Of a DNA stretch of 64,000 nucleotides, positions 1-10,084 are shown one piece after another (position 1 is the stretch's first letter; every line of letters starts with the position of its first letter). The notes under the pieces were generated by a model, which saw only the letters and a program-made list of their open reading frames with translations, was not told where the DNA came from and made no database searches. The stretch spans positions 97,464,001-97,528,000 of the forward strand of contig NC_042998.1 in assembly GCF_006345805.1 (NCBI RefSeq), in the 5' to 3' direction. The stretch is from Octopus sinensis (Eukaryota). The position numbers were made by a program, and so were the translations under genes.

Positions 1-201
1 AATTTCACTTATCACTGCTTAGAACTCCCCCTCTGTAATTTCCATACAGGGAGCCGCCATATAGCACTGCCACTCATCATACAGTGACTAAGAAAAACAT
101 AAGAGAGATAATCTCTTAATTCAGCTCGCAGTGCCCTGCTTGGTGTCTGTTACCGATGAGGAGACAACTACTCCGAAATTTTAACATCTGACAGTCTAGG
201 T

Positions 202-698
202 CAGTGATTCCCAACATGGGGTATATGCCCCACCGGTGGGGCTTGGGAAATTTGTAATGGGGCATGGGATCCAAAGTTACTTTTTTTTTTTAAGTGGAAC
301 ATGGAATTGTGAAAATCTTTTTTTCACAGCAAACATACTACACCTATACTCAGCTTAACCGAACCAATCCCTCCAGTCAAGCATACTGTGTGAAAACTGT
401 TTGCTACAGCATAGTGCTGTTCTAATGCTACACCTGAAGCAAACAAAATTTGTCTCCTCAAATCAAGGAAATCTGCCATAGTCACCAAGCACAAGGTTCT
501 CAATAAAGAAATTTACTTTTTTTTCTTAGTCAATAATGTACTCTTTTTTGGTTCTCAGTACTTATTGGTAGATTCTTTTGTATCAAATAACTGTGATAAA
601 ATATTAAAAATAAAATTTCTTTTTCCAACCACCAGTGGGGCATGCGTTTTCTGGAAAACTATAGTGGGGCCTGGGGGAAAATAGGTTGGGAAACACTG
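202..698. mobile_element. Non-autonomous hAT (Charlie-type) DNA transposon / MITE, 497 bp
   Basis: TIRs CAGTGATTCCCAAC and GTTGGGAAACACTG (13/14 match). 8-bp TSD GTCTAGGT (194-201) / GTCTAGAT (699-706), fitting the NTCTAGAN target preference of Charlie-type hATs. Confidence 0.85.
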
Positions 699-1006
699 GT
701 CTAGATAGTTGGCACTGCAAGCTGATCTACGTGTATACACACCATTTCTCAACAAGCAAGACATATTCCTCCTGACAAAACACAGTGAGTAGCTTGTTCC
801 CCAGTTCGAACATGCATCAAACATATTCGGACTGATAACAACAATACAATTTCATTTATCACTGCATAGTGCTCTCCTTCCATAATTTACTTATGGTGAG
901 CCACCGTCTGGCACTGCCAGTCAAGCATATTCAGACTGATATAACACACTATAGAGTTCCTCCTTTTCTCTTTCTGCAAATCAAACATAGCCAAACTTCT
1001 TCTTCT

Positions 1007-1281
1007 TCATCATCATCATCGTTTAACGTCCACTTTCCATGCTAGCATGGGTTGGACGATTTGACTGGAGACTGGTGAACTAGATGGCTGCACCAGGCTC
1101 CAATCTGATCTGGCAGAGTTTCTAATGCCAACCACTCTGAGAGTGTAGTGGGTGCTTTTACATGCCACTGGCATGAGGGTCAGTCAGGCGGTACTAGCAA
1201 TGGCCACGCTCAGATGGTGTTTTTACATGCCACCTGCACAGGAGCCAGTCCAGCAGCACTGGCGACGACCTTGCTCGAATG
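1007..1281 (-). mobile_element. RTE 3'-tail-derived short element with (GAT)n tail
   Basis: Reverse complement of the 3' end of the RTE at 6782-8784 (CCATGCTAGCATGG..AACG..TTAAACGATGATG). Confidence 0.8.
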
Positions 1282-1961
1282 TTTTTTTTTTTTTGGTTGG
1301 TAATAATGTTTAATTTCTTTCCTCCAAATTAAAACTTTTATCTTTTACTCTTTTGATGCCAGTTCTTGCTTCTATGTTTGGTATTTTACCCCTACTTCAA
1401 ATAATTTAGCTATAAAACTAGATTGTCATCAAACAAGTGTTCATGGCCAACCAGTGTTGAATTCATCTGTTATGGCCTAGAAAACTATAATAAACAGAAG
1501 GGAGCTTAAGACTGAACCCTGATGGACACTTACACATATGCTAAACTCCTTATTGAATTAGTGCATAGTGTATATCTAGGATTACATTATCCGGTATGTC
1601 TTTTATCTTTTTTTAAGATGGCACAGTGAAATACAAGAGAGAGATTTGGCTGCAGTTTTTAGCAGACTGAGTAACCTTGTAGAGGTTTCTTCATAGGTTC
1701 ATTGTATGTGCGTATAAGCAGATACATAATCTTTTCCCTTTTCTATCATAATAAATAACCTTATCATGATAATTTGCACTAGAAGCATCTTTTTAGCATT
1801 TTTCTTTCCATGTTGGCATAGATTAGATAAGTTTGTAATGAATCATCTCCTGCTTCTCAGTTTGTGCCAATTACCCATCTACAACCACCACCACCATCAT
1901 TCTTTCTTTGCACATATAACATAAGCATTAATTGTTTATTCTTTATTTTACAGATTTGATA

Positions 1962-3043
1962 ATGAGGGGAGAAAAAATTGCAATTAGAACCATTTTACGC
2001 TACCCGTAGAAGAAAGGACTAAGTGTAGGGGCAGCAGAATAAGAAATTAATGATGTGTAAAGCCCAAGAACTGTCAATGAATGAGTGGGACAAAATTGGT
2101 TCAGGCATTTCAAGGAAGGTGACACCAGTCTTGAAGACAAACCAAGGTCAAGGAGCCTTTCTGTTGTGATAGACGAGGCCGTATTTGAAATGGTTGAACA
2201 ATAGCCAAGCACAAGCACTCATACATTGCTGGCAGAACTTGGTCCTTCACAAAGCACCATCAATAAGCTCAGTCTTGTAACAGATGTTATGGAGAAGCTA
2301 CTCATGAAATGACCAATGACCAGATTTAATGATATGAGAACATTTGCAAACAAATCCTTGAGATGTCTGTTTTTGGTGTCAACTTGTAACCAGGGATGAA
2401 AAATGGATAAATTTTCATAATCCTAATAAAATAAATCAGTTATTTCATTCTGGCCAGGCTTCAGAACCTGTTGTCAAACATGGGCGCTTTCAACAGAAGG
2501 TCATGTTGGGTGTTTGGTAGAATTTCAAGGGGATGTGGCACTGTGAACTTATCCCAGATGGTCATACTGTGAATGCTAACCTTTATGCTCAACCACTATA
2601 TATGATATTTTGAAAGCCCACTACCTGGTATTGGTCACTCAAAGATGCACATTCTTACTGCATGACAATGTCCCAGCACACAATGCCAATGTGACCAAGT
2701 GCAAACTTGAGAAACTTGAGCAGCTGGAAGTGCTGCCTCACCCTGCCTACAGTCCAGACCTTGCACCATCAGATTACCACCTTTTCCAAACCATGGATCA
2801 TTTCCTGCACAGACAGAGGGTCAACAATGTGGATGAGGTTGAAAACAGGTGCAGAGAGTTTTACATCTCTAAACCAGCCAAATAGCTCATATATGCATGG
2901 AATTGAGCTTCTGACATAATGATGGCAACAAACAATAGAATATGATGGAATATGTTTTGATGATAAAATGCAATGCATATGTAATTAGTTTCAACTATTA
3001 ATTAAAGCTTGAAATGCAGAAAAACCTTTGACTCAGTTTGGTA
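1962..3043 (+). pseudogene. Degenerate mariner transposase / mariner element remnant
   Basis: N-terminal WFRHFKEGDTSLEDKPRS; C-terminal HDN...LPHPAYSPDLAPSDYHLF (ORF 2610-2885); many stops and frameshifts. 5' TIR not found. Confidence 0.85.
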
Positions 3044-3346
3044 TGTCAAAGAGACAGAAATACCCTCTAAACACACTAATACATGCATACATACACCCCT
3101 AATCACGCTAATAGCTGAGGAGTGAAATTAAGGATTTCTCAGTTTTCTGTGAATCGATTTTGATAAAACTTTTCCCAGCTGGTTTGCACACTATGGCAAC
3201 ACCATTGTTGTTTTCATTATTCTGTGTAATGTCTGTAGCATACACTCGAGTGAAATTCCTCTCTCCCCTTTATCATATATATGTACTTGAATGAGGCAGG
3301 TAATAGTTAGCCTTTGGCTGCTATTTGGACCCCATTGTGTCCACTA

Positions 3347-3488
3347 CTCTGATTGGTTGGTATTGGCGCAATTTGTCTCTTACTCTGTCATGCCAATTTG
3401 CAGTGAATAACCAATCAGAGCCTCTAAATAAAGTCAAATGAGACAGCCTGTTCTCAACCCAGTTTCGAACCTACAGCTCCTTATAAAA
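3347..3488 (+). promoter_or_regulatory. Possible Pol II promoter: four CCAAT/ATTGG boxes followed by TATAAAA
   Basis: ATTGG ~3352 and ~3362, CCAAT ~3393 and 3411; inverted 12-mer CTCTGATTGGTT/AACCAATCAGAG; TATAAAA 3482-3488. Motif match only. Confidence 0.3.
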
Positions 3489-3642
3489 ACCCAGCTTCTC
3501 CTCATCTTGACGTCTTTGGTTTCAGACCTATTAAGGTCTAGCCGCTGACCACACAAGACAACCAATTCTAGCGACAACACCACAGCAGCTATGTTGAGAC
3601 TCACTACCTTCATCCAACAGCATTCAGCGACCTCCATCTCCG

Positions 3643-5445
3643 TTGCCACCATCATTCTGGAAATATGTGCATTCAAAGCAGAGACCTCACTCTCCAGTGG
3701 GCCCTCTTCGCAACCCTCACACGAACCAGATCACTGACGACCTCAAGGAATGCGCAGAACTCATTGCCGAGTGCTATGCAAACATATTCACTGTCGAAAG
3801 TCAAAATGTACCATCTTCACCATCACTAACAGCAAACTCCATAACAACTATGGAATTTACACCTGCAATGCTGCGACGTCACCTTCAAAATAAGCGCAAC
3901 TATGCCTCCCCTGGTCTCGATGGAGTTACATACCTGCTTCTCAAACGTGGCAGGCACTTCCTTTTACACCAGCTTTCTATTTTCTTCCAGTACTGTCTCA
4001 ACAATGGTGCTACTCCGGAGCAGTGGAAAACTGCCAGTGTCATTCCTCTGTTCAAAAAGGGTGACCGCACATCACCTGTCAACTATCGCCCAGTCAGTCT
4101 CACTAGCTGTATTGCAAAACTGATGGAATCGTGTGTCAGAGAAACACTCTGGAACTTCTGGAGCTCTCACAGTCTCATCTGACCCTCACAATATGGATTT
4201 GTCCCTAACTCCAGCTGCAGTGACCAGCTTGTCGAGTTCCTTGAGGACATTACTCAGATCACTGACAGTGGCTCATGGGTGGATGTTGTCTACCTTGACT
4301 TTGCTAAGGCTTTTAACTCTGTGCCACACAAAAGGCTTATGGTGAAACTCTCTGCAATGGGTGTGGGGGATGACCTTTTTAACTGGTTGAAATCCTTCAT
4401 CCTCAGCCGAAAGGAGGTAGTCACAGTTCTAGGACAGCACTCTACACCATATGAGATGTCATCGGGTGTACCACAGGGATCTGTCCTTGGTCCCCTCCTG
4501 TTTGTGGCATACATTAATGACATAGATGCCAATTTAAAGAATGCCACAGTATTGAAATATGCAGACGACATCAAACTGTACCTTGAAATCAAGAGGACTG
4601 ATCCTGATGTCTACAACTCTTTCCTGCAATCAGACCTAGACACAATGCAGCAATGGATCACAGACTGGCAACTGAAACTGGCTGTGGACAAGTGTACCAC
4701 CATGCATTTTGGGAGAAAAAACCCTGCGTCCACATACTCCCTCCACAACACTGATATCAAGAAATCCTCTTGCGAGCGTGACCTAGGCATCACTGTCAGC
4801 AGTGATTTGCGTTTGACAAAGCATATCTCTAAAATTGTCAAGAAGGCCGAGGGTGTCTTGGCATCACTCAGCAAGACTTTTGTTAGCCGCTCTCCAGCCA
4901 TCTATTTAAAACTGTATACAGCTATGGTACGACCACACTTGGAATTCGCATCATCAGTTTAGAATCCCTATCTTGCTCAGAACATTGACCTCCTGGAATC
5001 TGTCCAGAGACGTGCAACCAAACGCATACCCTCCATCAGACACCTACCATATTCTGAGCGCCTTGTTTCCCTGGGCATGGATTCACTGAAGCTCCGGCGT
5101 CTGGCGACGGACTTGGTAAACACCCACAAGGTTATCAACCACCTCACCAACAACAACACTGAACACCTTTTTGATCTCCATGTGTCTAACACACGTGGAC
5201 ATGCCTACAAAGTCAGAAAACAACACAGCTCCCATGACTTTTGGAAACATTTTTTCACGCTCAGGGTTGCTGAAGCGTGGAATAAACTGCCTGCGTCAGT
5301 TGTTGACTGCCATGACACTGCATCCTTTAAGGCCCTCATGCTTTCCGAAATCCGCCGAAACTACACCTGATTAAATATACACTTTAGATGAGTTGTAGTG
5401 CACCTGAGCACTGTACACAATTATTATTATTATTATTATTATTAT
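3643..5445 (+). pseudogene. 5'-truncated CR1-clade LINE ORF2 (RT plus C-terminus, no endonuclease), (TTA)n tail
   Basis: ORFs 3643-4182, 4279-4962 and 5077-5370 share one frame broken only by TGA 4180 and TAG 4960. Motifs FWKYV, FKKGDRTSPVNYRPVSLTS, YLDFAKAFNSVPH, GVPQGSVLGPLLF, YADD, LESVQRRATK, WNKLP. (TTA)n at 5421-5445. Confidence 0.92.
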
Positions 5446-6781
5446 CCTAACATCAACATCTCTACATACACAACTCAACAAGCAACTTGCCCAGGTTCCA
5501 ATTCTTCATTGTTCATGAATTACTTCACCATGGATCAACAGCGAATATACAACCTGCGAGAACTCTTGTACCAAGTGACCCAGGCAGCAGCATCACAGCC
5601 ACAACTTCACATACGACATGTACTGCAACCAGTTCAGCACTATGGCCACAACTTCTTGAGACAGTATTTCAACTACTGTGTACAATTGACTATGAACTGG
5701 TATTCTCATTCTTGTGTCTATAAACATTCTTCTAACTTCTCATTATAGACTCTTTCACTGTGTACTTCATTGCTATTCTTGTATGTGCTTAACACACATG
5801 CATACATCCATGTCTATACACACATACACTTTGTTCTCATGACAGCCTGTCTGTTATTCCATATACATGACACACACACAGACACACATGTTAACATATC
5901 AATAAATTCTTATCTTAAACATTCTACTCAGTTGTGTTTCTCTTTTTCCCTCTGGCACATATATGTGTTATTCTTTTTATATTTATTGTAAGGGCTGTGT
6001 AATGTACCTGATGTACGGTCTTTGCAAATAAAGGGGAGAGAAGCATTTCACTCGAGTGTATGCTACATGTCCTTTCTTTTTTATTTCAGATTCTTCAGTT
6101 TTTGGGTGAACCACACTAATAGTGTCTCTCCTCTCTAAGGACAATGGGACGTGGAAAAGGCCTTAATGATGAAGAAAAGTTTGTTATCATCAAGCAAAGT
6201 GCTAAAGGCACTTCTCTTCATGTCACTGCGGAGAAGTTAGGTCATCATGTGGATACAGTTAGATGACTCCTGAAGGACCATTCACCAAAGAAGAAATGAT
6301 CCAATTGTGGGACCTTCAAGACTGTGACAACTAGGGATTTAAAGAATATTGGCTGCAAGTTATGTGGGTAACCTGGACAAACAAGCAAAGCCACTTTAAC
6401 TGCTTCCGGACTTCCTCATGTACCAAAAACCACCAGAAATTGTATCTTTGGGGCCATGGCTTCTGTGTGAAAACCCCTGAAACTGCCTCTTTTAATACTC
6501 CATTACAGGAGTTTGAGGCTTGAATGGGCCCTAAAATACATGACGTTAGACATGAGTTGGGTTCTGTCCACTTACAAGACCAGAGCAACTCTTGATAGAC
6601 CTGACAGTTGGGCAAAGGGTTGGATCTATTTTGGGGACATCTACAACAGGGTGGAGGAGTCATGTTGTGGGCTGGTATTATTGGGGACAGATTTGTTGAT
6701 TTAGTCAGAGTGCCTGAAGGGGTTAAAGTGACAACAGCCACCTGCTGCAATCTCCTGAAGGAGAGCTTGGATTCATGGCTG

Positions 6782-8784
6782 TGATGCTATATTCCTGGTA
6801 AGGCAGCTGCAGGAGAAATACCTAGCCAAAGATAAGCCCCTGTACCTGGCTTTTGTTGACATGGAGAAAGCCTTCGACAGGGTCCCCCGATCCCTTATCT
6901 GGTAGGCAATGAGGAAACTAGGGATAGATGAATGGTTAGTGAGAGCTGTGCGAGCCACGTATAGGGACGCTGCTAGTAGGGTGAGGGTTGGAAACGAGTA
7001 CAGTGAAGAATTCCGGGTAGAGGTAGGGGTCCACCAAGGCTCAGTACTCAGCCCCCTCCTATTTATCATAGTCCTCCAGGCAATAACGGAGGAATTCGAG
7101 ACAGGATGCCCTTGGGAGCTCCTCTATGCTGATGACCTTGCTCTAATTGCTGAGTCGCTATCAGAACTGGAGGAGAAGTTTCAGGTGTGGAAACAAGGAT
7201 TAGAATCGAAGGGCCTCAGAGTCAATCTAGCTAAAACCAAAGTCGTAATCAGTAGGAAGGTAGACAAATCACAAACGCCTTCAGGTAGATGGCCCTGCTC
7301 GATCTGTAGAAAAGGTGTAGGTAGAAACTCTATAAGATGCACCAAGTGTAAGCTATGGACACATAAGAGGTGCAGCAATGTCAAAGGAAGGCTAACTAGG
7401 AAGATGGTTTTTGTATGTGGCAGATGCTCAGGAACAATAAACACTGAAAATGCTCTGAGACCAACTTCCGTCACTTTCCAGGGAGAAAAACTAGAAATAG
7501 TTGATAGTTTCCGTTACCTAGGTGACCAAGTCAGCAGCGGGGGCGGGTGTGCTGAAAGTGTAACTGCTAGAGTAAGAATAGCTTGGGCAAAGTTCAGAGA
7601 GCTCTTACCTCTGCTGGTGACAAAAGGCCTCTCGCACAGAGTGAAAGGCAGACTGTATGATGCGTGTGTACGAACAGCCATGCTACATGGCAGTGAAACA
7701 TGGGCCGTGACTGCTGAGGATATGCGTAAGCTCGCAAGAAATGAAGCCAGTATGCTCCGATGGATGTGTAATGTCAGTGTTCATAATCGACAGAGTGTAA
7801 GTACCTTGAGAGAAAAGCTGGACCTAAGAAGCATCAGTTGTGGTGTGCAAGAGAGACGATTGCGCTGGTATGGTCATGTGGCGAGAATGGATGAAGATAG
7901 TTGTGTGAAAAAGTGCCACACCCTAGCGGTTGAGGGAACCTGTGGAAGAGGCAGACCCAGGAAAACCTGGGACGAGGTGGTGAAGCACGACCTTCGAACT
8001 TTAGGTCTCACTGAGGAAATGACTAGAGACTGAGTCCTCTGGAAGTGTGCTGTGCGCGAGAAGACCCGGCAGGACAAGTGAGTCCATAACCCGTGGCCTT
8101 CTACTTGGGATGGAGCCAGCCTACGTATGCATACCTTCCCTTCTTGGGACACAAAACTCTACTTGTGAAGACCTGTTGAGGCAAGTGAGGATCAGAATCG
8201 AAATCGATCAATGGAAATTGCAGATGTGTTACCAGTGCCGGTGGCATGTCGATACTCTACTTGTGAAGACCCGTTGAGGCAAGTGAGGATCAGAATGGAA
8301 ATCGATCAATGGAAATTGCAGATGTGTTACCAGTGCCGGTGGCATGTCGAAACTCTACTTGTGAAGACCCGTTGAGGCAAGTGAGGATCAGAATGGAAAT
8401 CGATCAATGGAAATTGCAGATGTGTTACCAGTGCCGGTGGCATGTAAGAGAACCTTCCGTTTCGCGACCGTTGCCAGCACCGCCCCGTTTCGTGTCCATT
8501 GCCAGCCTCGCCTGGCCCTTGTGCCGGTGGCACATAAAAAGCACCATCCGTTTGTGGCCGTTTGCCAGCTCTGTCTGGCACCTGTGCGGGTGGCACGTAA
8601 AAAGCACCCACTACACTCACGGAGTGGTTGGCGTTAGGAAGGGCATCCAGCCGTAGAAACACTGCCAGATTTGACTGGGCCTGATGAAGCCTTCTGGCTT
8701 CACAGACCCCAGTAGAACCGTCCAACCCATGCTAGCATGGAAAACGGACGCTAAACGACGATGATGATGATGATGATGATGATG
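6782..8784 (+). mobile_element. 5'-truncated RTE-clade (Rex3-like) LINE with RT, PHD-type finger, 3' UTR and (GAT)n tail
   Basis: DAIFLVRQLQEKY, FVDMEKAFDRVP, GVHQGSVLSPLLF, LYADDLAL, FRYLG, RRLRWYGHVARM, GRPRKTW. In-frame stops at 6903 and 8031. Tail GATGAT 8756-8784. Inserted between Tc1 codons SWL and DDIPL with TGATG microhomology. Confidence 0.93.
8156..8445 (+). repeat. Three tandem 98-bp repeats in the RTE 3' UTR
   Basis: Unit ACTCTACTTGTGAAGACC...GTGGCATGT starts at 8156, 8254 and 8352; near-identical. Confidence 0.9.
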
Positions 8785-9450
8785 ACATACCACTGTCACT
8801 TCTGAGGAATCTTGTATTCATGCATGACAACATCTCCTCCCACTCTGCTAGGACCACCCAAATATTAATAGGGTCTTACAGCATACAAGGTGAAAGGTTG
8901 ATGGTGTGGCTGCCAACATCTCCAGATCTCAACCCTATTGAAAATCTTTGGTCCATCATAAGACAAGATGTTTATGTCAATGGACGCTAATTTACATTGA
9001 AAGATGTCTTATGGGTGACCATGAAAGCTACAACAGAGGCAGTCCAACCAGCTACTAGTAAGAAATTGACAGATTCCATGACTAACAGGGTTTTTGAAGT
9101 TAGCTGTCGAAATGGTGCTCGTGTGGCTAAATAATTCATTATGTCAATATATGTTATAATATTATTATGGTTTTCTGTTAAATATATACTCAATGTATGC
9201 TTAATGTGTATAATTACCCTTCATTTTCTGAAAAAAATGTCTAGATGGGCTATTTTCATTCAAAAGTGGTTCACCCAAAAACTGAAGAATCTGATGTAAA
9301 AAAACAAAAGGATGTTACACAGAATAATGAAAACAACAATGATGTTGCTATAGTGTACAAACCAGTTGGGTGTACAAACACATACACACACACACATACA
9401 CACACACTCACACACACACACACTCACACACACACACATTTATATATATA

Positions 9451-9675
9451 TCTTTATCTTTTACTTGTTTCAGTCATTAGACTGGGGCCATGCTGGGGCA
9501 CTGCTTTGAATTTTAGTTGAATTGGCCACCCCTAATACCTATTTTTTAAACCTAGCACTTACTGTATTAGTCTTTCTTGTTGAACCACTAAGTTACAGGG
9601 ATGTAAACATGCCATCACTGGTTGTCAAGCAGTGTGGGTGTGGACAAACACAAACACAGATACACATACATAGGT
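9451..9675 (-). mobile_element. tRNA-derived SINE family A, 3' half
   Basis: Matches the 3' half of the full-length copies at 21458-21900 and 22508-22943. Confidence 0.7.
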
Positions 9676-9680
9676 ATACA

Positions 9681-9739
<59 letters not shown>

Positions 9740-9917
9740 TATATATATAATATATATATATATAATATATATATATATATAAAATCAAAATTGTAATCAT
9801 CCCATTTTGAATTATATGGATAATACCATACTAAATTCTGATGCCTTTATCTTAAGTACCATATTCAACTGAATCTAAATTTTACTGAAATTATATATAT
9901 ATGTGTGTGTGTGTGTG

Positions 9918-10048
9918 GTTGGAATTTACAAAAAAACAAATGATGAAAACAGGTGTATTAGTTTAACACTCGGGAAGGTGAGAAAGTCTTTTACATTTCG
10001 AGCCTGAACTCTTCAACAGAAAGGAACACGAGAAAATGAACTGAGAGA

Positions 10049-10084
<36 letters not shown>

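Larger units (their letters stand above)
3234..6067. mobile_element. TGT...ACA element with 40-bp TIRs and 4-bp TSD (Ginger-like non-autonomous DNA transposon; solo-LTR alternative), containing a CR1 LINE
   Basis: TIRs 3234-3273 and 6028-6067 are 38/40 identical (TGTAGCATACACTCGAGTGAAAT...). TSD TGTC at 3230-3233 and 6068-6071. The host Tc1's intact right TIR shows the empty site. Confidence 0.8.
3094..9372 (+). mobile_element. Tc1-superfamily DD37E (TRT-like) transposon, interrupted by two insertions
   Basis: Right TIR 9266-9372 is the reverse complement of 3175-3233 joined to 6072-6114. TA at 3092-93 and 9373-74; the outer left boundary assumes an ~80-bp deletion in the right TIR. Transposase starts ATG 6144 (MGRGKGLNDEEK), contains RATLDRPDSWAKGW, resumes at ~8779 with HDN...WLPTSPDLNPIENLW and stops at 9134. 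Confidence 0.8.

Noticed and set aside
8681-8705. CTGATGA followed by a stem-loop in the RTE tail, a possible hammerhead
   Set aside because: No GAAA after the stem; other copies read CTGGTGCAGCC. It is better explained as the LINE 3' recognition stem-loop.
3434-8799. Minus-strand and alternate-frame ORFs overlapping the CR1, Tc1 and RTE (e.g. 4290-4592, 4611-4901, 6331-6750, 7181-7474, 8327-8725)
   Set aside because: Shadow ORFs of recognisable transposon coding sequence or of the tandemly repeated UTR.
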